A DNA stretch of 32,000 bases, taken from assembly GCF_003367075.2 (NCBI RefSeq), contig NZ_CP065936.1, forward strand, positions 1-32,000, written 5' to 3'. Below, one piece after another: positions 7,650-17,188 of this stretch (its first letter is position 1; every line of letters starts with the position of its first letter). This DNA is from Cylindrospermopsis raciborskii Cr2010 (lineage in GTDB: Bacteria; Cyanobacteriota; Cyanobacteriia; Cyanobacteriales; Nostocaceae). Position numbers and translations under genes: made by a program. Below the pieces are notes generated by a model, which did no database searches, was not told the DNA's origin, and saw only the letters and a list, made by a program, of their open reading frames with translations.

Positions 7650-9329
7650 ATGAAAATAGCCATTGCCCAACTAAATCCCATCATTGGTGACCTAAAAGGA
7701 AATTGTCAAAAAATCCTAGAAACTGCATACCAAGCAAATGATGTACGTTTATTATTAACACCAGAACTTTCTCTATGTGGCTATCCACCAAGAGATTTAC
7801 TCTTAAATCCTGGATTTGTGGAAGCCATGGATATGAGCTTACAAGAACTGGCTCAAAATTTACCACCTCATCTAGCAGTTTTGGTAGGAACTGTGGTTCG
7901 GAATGGAGAACATCACACCAGGGGGGGTAAAAATTTATTTAATAGTGTCGCTTGGTTAGAAAAGGGGAAAATTCAACAATATTTTCACAAAAGACTATTA
8001 CCTACCTACGATGTTTTTGACGAGAAACGCTACTTTGAGCCTGGGTTAAACCCCAACTACTTTACATTAGATGGTGTTAACATTGGTGTAACTATATGTG
8101 AAGATTTATGGAATGATGAAGAATTTTGGGGCAAAAAGTGTTACGCGGTAAATCCCATTGCTGATTTATCGGTTGTGGGGGTAGATTTAATAGTCAACTT
8201 ATCTGCTTCTCCTTATACAGTTGGTAAACAGAAAACCAGAGAAGCAATGTTAAAACATACCGCTGTAAACTTTCAGCAACCTATAATTTACACTAATCAA
8301 GTTGGTGGTAATGATGATTTAATATTTGATGGTTACAGTTTTGCTGTCAACTCCCAAGGTGAAATTCTATATCGAGGTCAGGGTTTTACTCCAGATTTTC
8401 TCATAGTAGAATTCAATCAACATACAAAAGAGGTGGAGTTGGCTTCCGACTCAGACCAAAATCTGATTACTCCTATCTATGAATCAGAGGATGAGGAAAT
8501 TTGGCACGCTTTAGTTTTGGGGGTGAAGGATTATGTGAAAAAATGTCGGTTTTCTCAGGTGATTTTAGGTTTAAGTGGTGGTATAGATTCAGCCTTGGTT
8601 GCTGCTATTGCTACTGCTGCATTGGGCAAAGAAAATGTTTTAGGCGTGTTAATGCCTTCACCCTATAGTTCCCAACATTCTGTTAGCGATGCTCTCAAAT
8701 TAGGGCAGAATTTAGGGATTAAAACCCAAATTTTGCCCATTGGTGAATTAATGAAAAGTTTTGACCATACCTTATTTGAATTATTTACAGGTACAGAATT
8801 TGGAATTGCTGAAGAAAATATTCAGTCTCGTATTCGAGGTGTTCTATTGATGGCAATATCCAATAAATTTGGTTACCTGCTTTTATCCACCGGTAATAAA
8901 TCAGAAATTGCTGTTGGTTACTGCACCCTTTATGGTGATATGAATGGAGGTTTAGCAGTAATTGCGGACGTGCCAAAAACCCGCGTTTATTCTATTTGTA
9001 ATTGGTTGAATGGTCAAAATCAACAAGAGGTCATTCCCCAAAACATTTTGACCAAGCCTCCTAGTGCAGAACTCAAGCCTGGTCAAACCGATCAAGACTC
9101 CTTACCACCATATAATATTCTGGATGATATTCTACAGCGTTTAATCAATCAACATCAATCAGTAGAGGAAATAATAGCTGGAGGTCATGATTTAGGGACT
9201 GTAAATCGGGTAATCAAGCTAGTTGCTGGATCGGAATTTAAGCGTCGACAAGCAGCACCGGGACTGAAAATTACCGATAGAGCTTTTGGTACGGGTTGGA
9301 GAATGCCCATTGCTGCACAAAAGGTTTAG
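7650..9329 (+). CDS. nadE: Glutamine-dependent NAD+ synthetase
   Basis: The N-terminal half is a CN-hydrolase (nitrilase-like) domain (MKIAIAQLNP...LLLTPELSLCGY...VTICEDLW). The C-terminal half is a NAD synthetase domain with the PP-loop LGLSGGIDSA. Confidence 0.9.
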   Translation: MKIAIAQLNPIIGDLKGNCQKILETAYQANDVRLLLTPELSLCGYPPRDLLLNPGFVEAMDMSLQELAQNLPPHLAVLVGTVVRNGEHHTRGGKNLFNSVAWLEKGKIQQYFHKRLLPTYDVFDEKRYFEPGLNPNYFTLDGVNIGVTICEDLWNDEEFWGKKCYAVNPIADLSVVGVDLIVNLSASPYTVGKQKTREAMLKHTAVNFQQPIIYTNQVGGNDDLIFDGYSFAVNSQGEILYRGQGFTPDFLIVEFNQHTKEVELASDSDQNLITPIYESEDEEIWHALVLGVKDYVKKCRFSQVILGLSGGIDSALVAAIATAALGKENVLGVLMPSPYSSQHSVSDALKLGQNLGIKTQILPIGELMKSFDHTLFELFTGTEFGIAEENIQSRIRGVLLMAISNKFGYLLLSTGNKSEIAVGYCTLYGDMNGGLAVIADVPKTRVYSICNWLNGQNQQEVIPQNILTKPPSAELKPGQTDQDSLPPYNILDDILQRLINQHQSVEEIIAGGHDLGTVNRVIKLVAGSEFKRRQAAPGLKITDRAFGTGWRMPIAAQKV

Positions 9330-9491
9330 GTCACTGCAAGTTCACACAAGCATAAAATTTATGAACTAATTAATAAACTGTTACACCAGAACAATATTGC
9401 TAGGGTGATTGACCACATACTAGTTTAACATAATGGTCTTAGGGGTAAATCTCTGGGTATTCTTGACAAACTCACCCCTAGTACAGAGGTC

Positions 9492-10949
9492 ATGATTTTA
9501 GATAACTTTGCGCGACAGTTACGCCAAGAAGCACAACGTTGGCGCGATGAAGGAATTATCAGTTCTTCCCAATATGAACAAATTGCTGATCGTCATCAAT
9601 TCAAAAAAATAGAAGGATCTGCTAAAGAAAGTTCTGGGTTGATAGCTATTGCTTTTGGTGGTTTATTGCTGATTTTGGGTATAGTTATTTTCCTAGCAGC
9701 AAATTGGCAAACCTGGTCTAGGGAAGTGAAATTTATCCTGTTAATGAGTCTATTTTTATCCACTGCTATTACTGGATTTTTCACTTGGAGAGAACCAACC
9801 CTAAGTCGGGAAAAAAAGGGAGAAGATAAAAAATCTAAACCTGGTAAACGCTTTTTAGGGGAAGGTTTACTAGTAATGAGTAGCCTAATCTTAGGAGCAA
9901 CATTAGTGTTGATGGCAGAAATATTTAATATTAGTGGTTCACCCACACAGTTGTTTTTAGCCTGGGGTTTTGGTGTTTTGATCATGGCCTATAGCCTTTG
10001 TATTAATTCCTTAGGAATTTTGGCTATTTTGCTATTACAAATTGGCTATTGGTTGGGACTTGGAGAATTTTCTGTAACTGATGGCAATTTCACTGGTGGT
10101 GATTTAAATTGGGCCCAATTAGCTGTTCGACATACCCCTTTAATTTCCTGGGTATTGTTTGTTCCATTAGCTTATATTTGCCGTTCACGGATAATTTTTA
10201 TCCTAGCAGCGATCGCCTTTACGTTTTCCCTGCAATATAATCTTCAACCTTTACCACTATTAACTTCTTCAGATGTTTTTCCGTGGGTAGCTTCTTTTGC
10301 TTTAGCATTACCACCCGCCCTATTTTGGAGTTATGATGATTTATTGTTTCCCACGGTCAACTACAGGTTATTTCAGGGAATAGCTCGCCATTTTGCCCTA
10401 GGTTGTTTTGCTGTGGTATTTTACCTTTTATCCTTTCGTTGGCAATGGCAATCCTTGGACTTTGGTAATTCCTCTAGTTCCTTCAATAATTTCTCCACTG
10501 GGTTTCAATCCTTATCTATTATTGATTTAGGAATTATTGGTGGTTTGGTATTTATTCAATGGTTATTCCTCTTCCGTCATCGGAATAATCCTAACCGTCG
10601 GGAAGCATTTTTCAATTTAACTGTCATTGGCATTTTTCTAGGTTTCATTGTGATCATTCCCTTTTGGCATCAGGGTATTGGTCGAATTCCAGAATTGGGA
10701 ATTTTCATTTTTAATTCTCTGTTGTTTACTTTATCCTGGGGACTAATTCAAGAAGGATTAAAGTTGAGTAGCAGAATTGCTTTTTGGTGTGGCATGATGT
10801 TATTAATTTTGCAAATTATTAGTCGGATCTTAGAGTATGACACTGACTTATTATTTAGATCCTTAGTATTCGTAATCTGTGGATCTGGTTTGATTTCTGC
10901 TGGTCTTTGGTTTGAAGGGAGATTACAGGAACGCACAGTGAAAAAATAG
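9492..10949 (+). CDS. Polytopic membrane protein, DUF2157-type N-terminus with a long multi-TM body (DUF4401-like)
   Basis: The N-terminus RQEAQRWRDEGIISSSQYEQIADRHQF matches the DUF2157 signature as I remember it. It is followed by about 10 or more hydrophobic segments. A GDYXXLXY-type gene follows 19 nt downstream, which is the usual partner. Confidence 0.65.
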   Translation: MILDNFARQLRQEAQRWRDEGIISSSQYEQIADRHQFKKIEGSAKESSGLIAIAFGGLLLILGIVIFLAANWQTWSREVKFILLMSLFLSTAITGFFTWREPTLSREKKGEDKKSKPGKRFLGEGLLVMSSLILGATLVLMAEIFNISGSPTQLFLAWGFGVLIMAYSLCINSLGILAILLLQIGYWLGLGEFSVTDGNFTGGDLNWAQLAVRHTPLISWVLFVPLAYICRSRIIFILAAIAFTFSLQYNLQPLPLLTSSDVFPWVASFALALPPALFWSYDDLLFPTVNYRLFQGIARHFALGCFAVVFYLLSFRWQWQSLDFGNSSSSFNNFSTGFQSLSIIDLGIIGGLVFIQWLFLFRHRNNPNRREAFFNLTVIGIFLGFIVIIPFWHQGIGRIPELGIFIFNSLLFTLSWGLIQEGLKLSSRIAFWCGMMLLILQIISRILEYDTDLLFRSLVFVICGSGLISAGLWFEGRLQERTVKK

Positions 10950-10968
10950 TCAATTCAACTAACTTACC

Positions 10969-11757
10969 ATGACAAATAACACACCGGAAAAAAATAATAC
11001 CTCGACTCCAGAAAAGGAGTTTTCTGAAAAGCTGACTTTTCGTGATTATTTAATTGCTACGGAAGAAAAAGCTCATCAACCTCTACCATTTTGGAGATTG
11101 GTTGCTCCTCTCTTGGTACAAGTGGGTTTGATTTTAGGGGTTCCCAGTCAAGCAGTTTATACAGAAATGGCTGGTAAGTTGGTGATTTTACAAACCTTAC
11201 CCACTGATGTTTCTAACCTATTAGAAGGGTCTGCTTTGTCTTTTGATTATAATATCTCTCGTCCCCAAACTTTGAGAAGATTACCCGGTTGGAGAGACTG
11301 GGTAAGACAAAATTCTCGGAGAAATGGCAGAATTATCCAAGGTAGTACTTTATATGTGATTTTGCAGGAGCAACGGTCATTAAACCGTCAATTTAATAGT
11401 CCATTTAATGATAGATTCACTAGCGATCGCTCTAATGATGGTAACCTTAATTCTAGGGTTAATTCTGCTGTTCCTGTAGCTTGGAAACCCGTGAGTATTA
11501 GTTCCGATCTTCCTATGTATTTATCCAATAATCAGGTAGCTTTAAAGGGTAATTATCAAAATGGGTCAATTAATTACGGGTTAGAAAATTACTATGTTTC
11601 TCAAGCACAAAGAGAACAAATCGATTATGACTTATTCCAAGCACAGCAAAATCAACGTGCTAGGAGAAGACCAATACTTGTGAGAGTCAAGGTTGATTCT
11701 CAAGGTAATGCTACTCCTACCAGTATGTGGATAGGCGATCGCAATTATAATTTTTAA
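10969..11757 (+). CDS. GDYXXLXY-domain-like protein
   Basis: It has a single N-terminal TM segment (FWRLVAPLLVQVGLILGV). Two motif-like segments are present: EGSALSFDYNISRP (degenerate GDYxxLxY) and INYGLENYYVSQ (YGIExYFV-like). It has an N/S/R-rich insert at roughly aa 130-165. Confidence 0.5.
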   Translation: MTNNTPEKNNTSTPEKEFSEKLTFRDYLIATEEKAHQPLPFWRLVAPLLVQVGLILGVPSQAVYTEMAGKLVILQTLPTDVSNLLEGSALSFDYNISRPQTLRRLPGWRDWVRQNSRRNGRIIQGSTLYVILQEQRSLNRQFNSPFNDRFTSDRSNDGNLNSRVNSAVPVAWKPVSISSDLPMYLSNNQVALKGNYQNGSINYGLENYYVSQAQREQIDYDLFQAQQNQRARRRPILVRVKVDSQGNATPTSMWIGDRNYNF

Positions 11758-11761
11758 GGTT

Positions 11762-11789
11762 AAAGGATTCCCTGTGGGAATCCTTTTTT
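11762..11789 (+). terminator. Rho-independent terminator between convergent genes
   Basis: The stem is AAAGGATTCCC (11762-11772), the loop is TGT, and the return arm is GGGAATCCTTT (11776-11786), followed by TTT. This is a perfect 11-bp stem immediately after the GDYXXLXY gene and abutting the sppA stop. Confidence 0.65.
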
Positions 11790-13613
11790 CTAATCAATGT
11801 TAAAGTTAAAAGGGAGACGAGCATAAATTCCCTGTGGGTCATTCATGATGCGAAAGATTGTTGTTTCCTTTCGTACTTTTTCTAATTCTGTTATGAGGGG
11901 ATTAGTTTGACTTGTGTCCCGGTTGTGTATCCCTATTATTGCTTCTTCAAGTTTTTTGCCAAAAAAACGCTCTCCTAAAGTGGTTACTTCTGGATACTCT
12001 TCCACTTGCCAATCTTTACCTAATTTTGCTTTCTTCGCTGCATATTCAATGGCAATATTTAATCCGCCAATTTCATCCACTAACCCGATTTGTTTTGCTG
12101 TTGCACCCGACCAAACTCTCCCTTGTGCAATTTCTCCTACTTTTGTTTCGGGAAGTTTTCTACCCTGCACAACCTTATTGATAAACATATTATAAATTCG
12201 GTTGACACTGCGTTGATAAATTGCCAGTTCCTGTGGTGATTTGGGACGGGAAACAGTTTGACTATCCGCAAATTCGCTAGTTTTTACTGTGTCCCAAGTA
12301 ATACCATTATTATTGGCCAATTTTTGACCGTTTAATAACACACCAAATACACCTATTGAACCTGTAAGAGTGCCAGGTTCGGCAAAAATATGATCGGAAT
12401 TACTAGCAATCCAATACCCACCTGATGCTGCTACATCACCCATGGAAACAATTACGGGTTTGACTTGTTTGGTTAATTGAATTTCTCGTTCTATAATTTC
12501 TGAAGCTGTTGCACTCCCTCCAGGACTATTAATTCTCAAAACTACGGATTTAATGTCTTGATCTTGGCGAATTTTGCGCAGGACTTTAGCATAGCGATCG
12601 CCTCCTATTTGGGAACTTTCTCCCTCACCATCTACTATCTCTCCCTCTGCATAAACTACAGCAATTTTATTTTGTGAATTCTGCTGTTCTTTAATTTCAC
12701 TAGCTTGGAGGTAATCACCGATTCCTATTTGCCTGAAGCTCTTACCATCATTATCACTAGTGCCTATTGTTTTTAAATTAGCTACCACTTGGTCTGTATA
12801 AGCTACTTCATCTATCAGACCATTATTTTTTGCATCTTTTGCTTCTAATACACCTTGGTTATTAGCAATTTCCTGTAGTATTTCCGGGGAAATTTTACGG
12901 CTTTTTCCTACGGAATTACCCCACTCTCCCCACAGATCATCTAATAACTGTTGGGTTTGCTCTCTGTTTTCTGGACTCAGTTTATCTAGTACCAGGGGTT
13001 CAACTGCTCCCTTAAATTTCCCCACTCGTACCACTTGCACTCCAATCCCATATTTTTGCAATGCTCCTGTGAGGAATATTGGTTGTGAACTTAATCCATT
13101 AATTTCCATCATTCCCACAGGGTTAAGGAAAATCTTATCTGCTACGGAACTTAGATAATATTCCCGCTCACTCCAACCCACACCATAAGCAATTATTTTT
13201 TTTCCTGATGCGCGGAATTTTTCCAGAGCTTGGCGAATTTCTCTTAAGGAAGCATAACCCAAACTACTAACCTTGCTAGATTCACTAACATTTATGTAAA
13301 TTCCTACAATCCTTTGGTCTTCTGCTGCTTGCTCCAATGCTCCTATTAGTTGACGTAGGGTAATTTGTTCTTCCCCCGCTCCGGTGAGAGTTTTTTCTAA
13401 AACCTCTGTATAGCTAGGTTGGGTTTCCGTAATTTTTACGGATAAGTCAAACACTAACATGGATTGATCTTTAACTTGTGGTTCCGTGCTTTGAGAGCTA
13501 GTAGCAGCAATTACCAAGAACAACAAGCCTAAAAAACTAACACCAGAGAAAATACTTAGTCCTAATAAGCTGCCAATTAAACTGGCAAGAGTTTGTTTAA
13601 TAAAGTTATTCAT
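11790..13613 (-). CDS. sppA: Signal peptide peptidase SppA, 67K type
   Basis: The 607-aa ORF has an N-terminal TM segment and duplicated ClpP/crotonase-like S49 peptidase domains (VVLRINSPGGSATASE...MGDVAASGGYWIA). Confidence 0.9.
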   Translation of the reverse strand: MNNFIKQTLASLIGSLLGLSIFSGVSFLGLLFLVIAATSSQSTEPQVKDQSMLVFDLSVKITETQPSYTEVLEKTLTGAGEEQITLRQLIGALEQAAEDQRIVGIYINVSESSKVSSLGYASLREIRQALEKFRASGKKIIAYGVGWSEREYYLSSVADKIFLNPVGMMEINGLSSQPIFLTGALQKYGIGVQVVRVGKFKGAVEPLVLDKLSPENREQTQQLLDDLWGEWGNSVGKSRKISPEILQEIANNQGVLEAKDAKNNGLIDEVAYTDQVVANLKTIGTSDNDGKSFRQIGIGDYLQASEIKEQQNSQNKIAVVYAEGEIVDGEGESSQIGGDRYAKVLRKIRQDQDIKSVVLRINSPGGSATASEIIEREIQLTKQVKPVIVSMGDVAASGGYWIASNSDHIFAEPGTLTGSIGVFGVLLNGQKLANNNGITWDTVKTSEFADSQTVSRPKSPQELAIYQRSVNRIYNMFINKVVQGRKLPETKVGEIAQGRVWSGATAKQIGLVDEIGGLNIAIEYAAKKAKLGKDWQVEEYPEVTTLGERFFGKKLEEAIIGIHNRDTSQTNPLITELEKVRKETTIFRIMNDPQGIYARLPFNFNID

Positions 13614-13693
13614 TCGATTTTGTTAGATTTCAGATTATTGATTATTTTGCGGGTGTTACCTAATTCTATCCCAATTCTATTTTAATTGTAATA

Positions 13694-14740
13694 TCACATG
13701 CTTTGTAAACAGTTAGATTGCTTTAATTCATGCAAATTTCTATTACCTGTACAGAATAATACTGTAGTAATTTCCGCGATTAATACTTCTGTTAACTCTT
13801 CTAGTGCAGTTATTGATACATCCGCAGATTGTAAAAAGGGCATTGCTAATCCAGCAATATCACTCCCCAGAGCGATCGCCTTGGCCGCGTCTAACCCATT
13901 ACGCAACCCTCCGGAAGCGATTAGGGGGAGTTGGGGGAACCGGGAGCGAATAGTAGTAATACATTCTGCTGTGGATATACCCCAATTGGCAAAGGTTTTA
14001 CCTAATCTTCGTTGTAGTGCGGTTTCAGCTCTTTCACTTTCTACTAAAGCCCATGATGTACCTCCTGCACCCGCCACATCTATGGCTTGTACGCCTGCTG
14101 ATATTAATTTTTCTGCCATCTTGACGGAAATTCCATTACCCACTTCTTTGGCAATTACAGGTACTGGTAATTGTTGGCATAGTTGGGCAATTTTGTCAAG
14201 TAGTCCATAAAAATTGGTATCACCCCTGGGTTGAATAAATTCCTGCAAAGGATTAATGTGGAGTATAAGAGCATCAGCTTCTAGAGCATCGATAATTCGT
14301 AAGCACTCATCTATGCCACATTGATAATTGAGTTGTACCGCACCTAGATTGGCAAATAACAGCACATCCGGGGCGTATTGGCGAATGGCAAAAGTATCAG
14401 CCACCTCTGGTTTTTCTAAGAGGACACGTTGGGAGCCAACACCCATTGCTAGTCTATATTTTTGGGCAATTTCCGCTAATCGACGATTAATAATACCTGC
14501 TCTTTGGGTACCCCCGGTCATAGAGGAGATTAATAGAGGAGCATGCAAATCCCGATTCAGAAATTTGGTGCTGATATCTATTTGTTTACCGTCCTGTTCT
14601 GGTAGACAACAATGAACAAATCGATATTTTTCCAGTCCCGTAGTAATTTGATCAGATTGCACATTCTCTTCTAAGCAAATCCGTATATGGTCTGCTTTGC
14701 GGTTTTGGATGAGGTTTGAATGATTAGTTATAGGTTTCAC
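13694..14740 (-). CDS. fni: Type 2 (FMN-dependent) isopentenyl-diphosphate delta-isomerase
   Basis: The N-terminus [15 protein letters not shown] is characteristic. The ORF then shows the TIM-barrel FMN oxidoreductase pattern: [10 protein letters not shown]...GVGSQR...IAKEVGNG...[12 protein letters not shown]...[11 protein letters not shown]. Confidence 0.9.
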   Translation of the reverse strand: MKPITNHSNLIQNRKADHIRICLEENVQSDQITTGLEKYRFVHCCLPEQDGKQIDISTKFLNRDLHAPLLISSMTGGTQRAGIINRRLAEIAQKYRLAMGVGSQRVLLEKPEVADTFAIRQYAPDVLLFANLGAVQLNYQCGIDECLRIIDALEADALILHINPLQEFIQPRGDTNFYGLLDKIAQLCQQLPVPVIAKEVGNGISVKMAEKLISAGVQAIDVAGAGGTSWALVESERAETALQRRLGKTFANWGISTAECITTIRSRFPQLPLIASGGLRNGLDAAKAIALGSDIAGLAMPFLQSADVSITALEELTEVLIAEITTVLFCTGNRNLHELKQSNCLQSM

Positions 14741-14843
14741 AGATACTTACTACTATTAATATAGGGGGTGGGACTAGATTATAATAACTGTAATATGATT
14801 GATTATTCCTCACATTGGAAATTTATTATATTGTGTGTGAATC

Positions 14844-16358
14844 ATGCCTTTGTCTCGCATAGTTACACTTGTAATTGGCTTAATTATAATTTTAGGACTA
14901 GCTCTGTGGTTAATTGACTCCCTAAGTCGTTTATATTGGCAGCTATCCTATTCTCCCTTATTAGGTAATTTACTATTGTTCCTACTGGTCATACTTTTAG
15001 TGGGACTAGTTGCAGCTTTTGTCTATTATGTATTAATTCTACCCACTGGTGAAACAAAATCCCCGCGTCCCAGGGTTACTGCTGCTCAAATTCCCGCTGC
15101 TAAGTCGGATGCAGCTTCTAGCACCTTACAAGCGGTTCGTCAACAGGTGGCACAAATTCAAGATGAAGTTACTCGTCAAGCTTTATTGAGTCGCACTAGG
15201 GAAATAGAAGCTAATTTGGCACGGGGGGAAATCCAAGTAGTTGTTTTTGGTACAGGAAGTGCTGGTAAAACTTCGCTGGTCAATGCTATTATGGGGCGAA
15301 TGGTGGGAGAGGTAAACGCTCCTATGGGTACAACTAAGGTCGGTGAAACCTATTGTTTACGCTTGAAGGGTTTAGAACGGAAAATTTTAATTACTGATAC
15401 ACCGGGGATTTTGGAAGCAGGGATCCCTGGAACGGAACGGGAACACCTAGCTAGAGCTTTGGCTACAGAAGCAGATTTGTTATTGTTTGTGGTAGATAAT
15501 GACCTACGTCGTTCTGAGTATGAACCTTTAAGGGGTTTAGCAGAAATTGGTAAGCGATCGCTTTTAGTTCTCAACAAAACTGATTTATATAAAGATGAAG
15601 ACAAAGATGCTATTTTAATTAAGTTACGAGAAAGGGTGAGGGATTATATTGATCATAATGATGTAGTGGCGATCGCAGCTAACCCCCAAGCTGTGGAATT
15701 GGAGGGAGGGGAAATTTTTCGACCAGAACCTGAAATAGTTCCTCTCCTAAAACGCATAGCTGCTGTATTACGAGCTGAGGGTGAAGATTTAATAGCGGAT
15801 AATATTTTATTACAGTCTTTACGATTAGGGGAGGAAGCTCGCAAACTCATTGATTCCCAGCGTCGTCGTCAAGCTGATAAAATAGTTTATAGATATCAGT
15901 GGATTGGTGCTGGGGTGGTATCAGTTACCCCCCTACCCGTAGTTGATTTATTAGCCACAGCAGCAGTTAATGCTCAGATGGTAGTAGAAATTGGCAAGGT
16001 TTATGGTTGTGACTTAAATATGGACAGGGGTAAGGAATTGGCCTTATCTTTGGGCAAAACTATTGCTGGTTTAGGTATAGTTAAGGGCGCTATTGAGTTG
16101 CTATCTACGGCTTTACAACTTCACGTTGCTACCTTTTTAGTTGGGCGTGCTATTCAGGGAGTAACCGCTGCTTATTTGACCCGTATTGCTGGTAAGAGTT
16201 TTATTGAGTATTTTCGCCATGATCAAGACTGGGGTGATGGAGGAATGACGGAGGTGGTTCAGGAACAATTTCAAATTAATCGTCGAGACAAGTTTATTCA
16301 GGATTTTATTCAAGAGGCGATCGCTAAAGTTGTTAAACCATTAGCTGATCGTGAATAA
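14844..16358 (+). CDS. Membrane-anchored GTPase with C-terminal DUF697-like domain
   Basis: It has two N-terminal TM segments. The GTPase motifs are G1 GTGSAGKTS, G3 DTPG and G4 NKTD. The C-terminus is a glycine-rich hydrophobic domain (PLPVVDLLATAAVNAQMVVEIGKVYG...). It is a paralogue of 24672-26123. Confidence 0.75.
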   Translation: MPLSRIVTLVIGLIIILGLALWLIDSLSRLYWQLSYSPLLGNLLLFLLVILLVGLVAAFVYYVLILPTGETKSPRPRVTAAQIPAAKSDAASSTLQAVRQQVAQIQDEVTRQALLSRTREIEANLARGEIQVVVFGTGSAGKTSLVNAIMGRMVGEVNAPMGTTKVGETYCLRLKGLERKILITDTPGILEAGIPGTEREHLARALATEADLLLFVVDNDLRRSEYEPLRGLAEIGKRSLLVLNKTDLYKDEDKDAILIKLRERVRDYIDHNDVVAIAANPQAVELEGGEIFRPEPEIVPLLKRIAAVLRAEGEDLIADNILLQSLRLGEEARKLIDSQRRRQADKIVYRYQWIGAGVVSVTPLPVVDLLATAAVNAQMVVEIGKVYGCDLNMDRGKELALSLGKTIAGLGIVKGAIELLSTALQLHVATFLVGRAIQGVTAAYLTRIAGKSFIEYFRHDQDWGDGGMTEVVQEQFQINRRDKFIQDFIQEAIAKVVKPLADRE

Positions 16359-16387
16359 AAGTTTGTAACTCAATCACAAATAAAAGA

Positions 16388-16576
16388 ATGAGTATTGTAA
16401 ATATATCTGATCACGTTTACGTTTCTTCAAAATTACATCAAATTATAGAAGATACTGTAAATTTTTTTGATGGCACACCAGTATATCCAATTCCTATTAC
16501 AGAACGTTTTTGTGGGACTGGAGTTTATGGCCTATATTGCACTGCAAAATCCGGTATATATTCGGGATTTAATTTA
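16388..16576 (+). pseudogene. R-M relic, left part: N-terminus of an Eco29kI-like GIY-YIG restriction endonuclease, cut by the IS630 insertion
   Basis: The translation is MSIVNISDHVYVSSKLHQIIEDTVNFFDGTPVYPIPITERFCGTGVYGLYCTAKSGIYSGFNL. GVYGLYC....IY is the GIY half-motif. The frame continues exactly across the IS (TA at codon positions 2-3 on both sides) into ...RLPIYIGKAVPKR, the YIG half. The last 7 codons of the track ORF 16388-16597 are IS terminal repeat. Confidence 0.6.
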
Positions 16577-16604
16577 CAGCAGTTTTCATGTAAATAAACC
16601 ACAA
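16577..16604. repeat. IS630 terminal inverted repeat (transposase-distal end)
   Basis: 16575-16604 reads TACAGCAGTTTTCATGTAAATAAACCACAA. The reverse complement of 17597-17626 reads TACAGCAATTTTCATGTAGTTAAACTACAA. The mismatches are at positions 8, 19, 20 and 26. Confidence 0.8.
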
Positions 16605-17188
16605 TGATTGAACCAATTAAGCGCATCCTCTGCTGTAATATAATTTACTGCACTTGTCATGGCCTCATTTAGGGCTTCTAATGTTCGTGCCTCCCGACTA
16701 CGGAGAAATTGCTTTAATTTTGACCAACACAATTCTATCGGAGATAAGTCTGGAGAATAGGGGGGTAAAAACTTAACTTTTGCACCGACTGATTCAATTG
16801 ACAATCTCACGCGCTCGGCATAATGAACCTTTAAATTATCCATAACAACAATAGCCCCTTTCCATAATTGAGGTACTAAAACCTGATTTACATAAGTGAG
16901 AAATACTTCTGTATTTGTGCTTCCCTCTACAGTCATTGCTGCCAGAATTCCATCCATATTTAAAGCCCCAATCAGAGAAATATTTTTGCCCTTGTTTCCT
17001 GGTACGCTACCAATTGCTCTTTGTCCATCTTGGCTTCTGGCAAACAACCTTGACATCCCTAAATTTATCCCCGATTCATCTAAAAACACTAAATTTCTAA
17101 TATCAACTGTATCTACCCAACGACGATAATCATGCCTTAATTCTTGAACACGTGGAGTCTCCTGTTCACTGGCATTTAGACTTTTTTT
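16586..17188 (-). CDS. IS630 transposase OrfB (DDE catalytic part), in the -1 frame relative to OrfA
   Basis: The frame is open from inside the A9 run: KKSLNASEQETPRVQELRHDYRRWVDTVDIRNLVFLDESG... The DDE triad context is LVFLDESG, VVMDNLKVH and YSPDLSPIELCWSKLK. The track calls only the GTG-started part, 16586-17089. Confidence 0.8.
   Translation of the reverse strand, partial: KKSLNASEQETPRVQELRHDYRRWVDTVDIRNLVFLDESGINLGMSRLFARSQDGQRAIGSVPGNKGKNISLIGALNMDGILAAMTVEGSTNTEVFLTYVNQVLVPQLWKGAIVVMDNLKVHYAERVRLSIESVGAKVKFLPPYSPDLSPIELCWSKLKQFLRSREARTLEALNEAMTSAVNYITAEDALNWFNHCGLFT

Noticed and set aside
9440-9480. TAGGGGT...ACCCCTA inverted repeat upstream of the DUF2157 gene, enclosing a TTGACA
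   Set aside because: It has 7-bp arms with a 27-nt loop, and no matching -10 element at proper spacing. This is too weak to call a regulatory site or terminator.
16388-16597. Track ORFs 16388-16597 and 17612-17812 treated as two independent small genes
   Set aside because: The 3' end of the first and the MKIAV start of the second are encoded by the IS630 terminal inverted repeats. They are the two halves of one interrupted relic.
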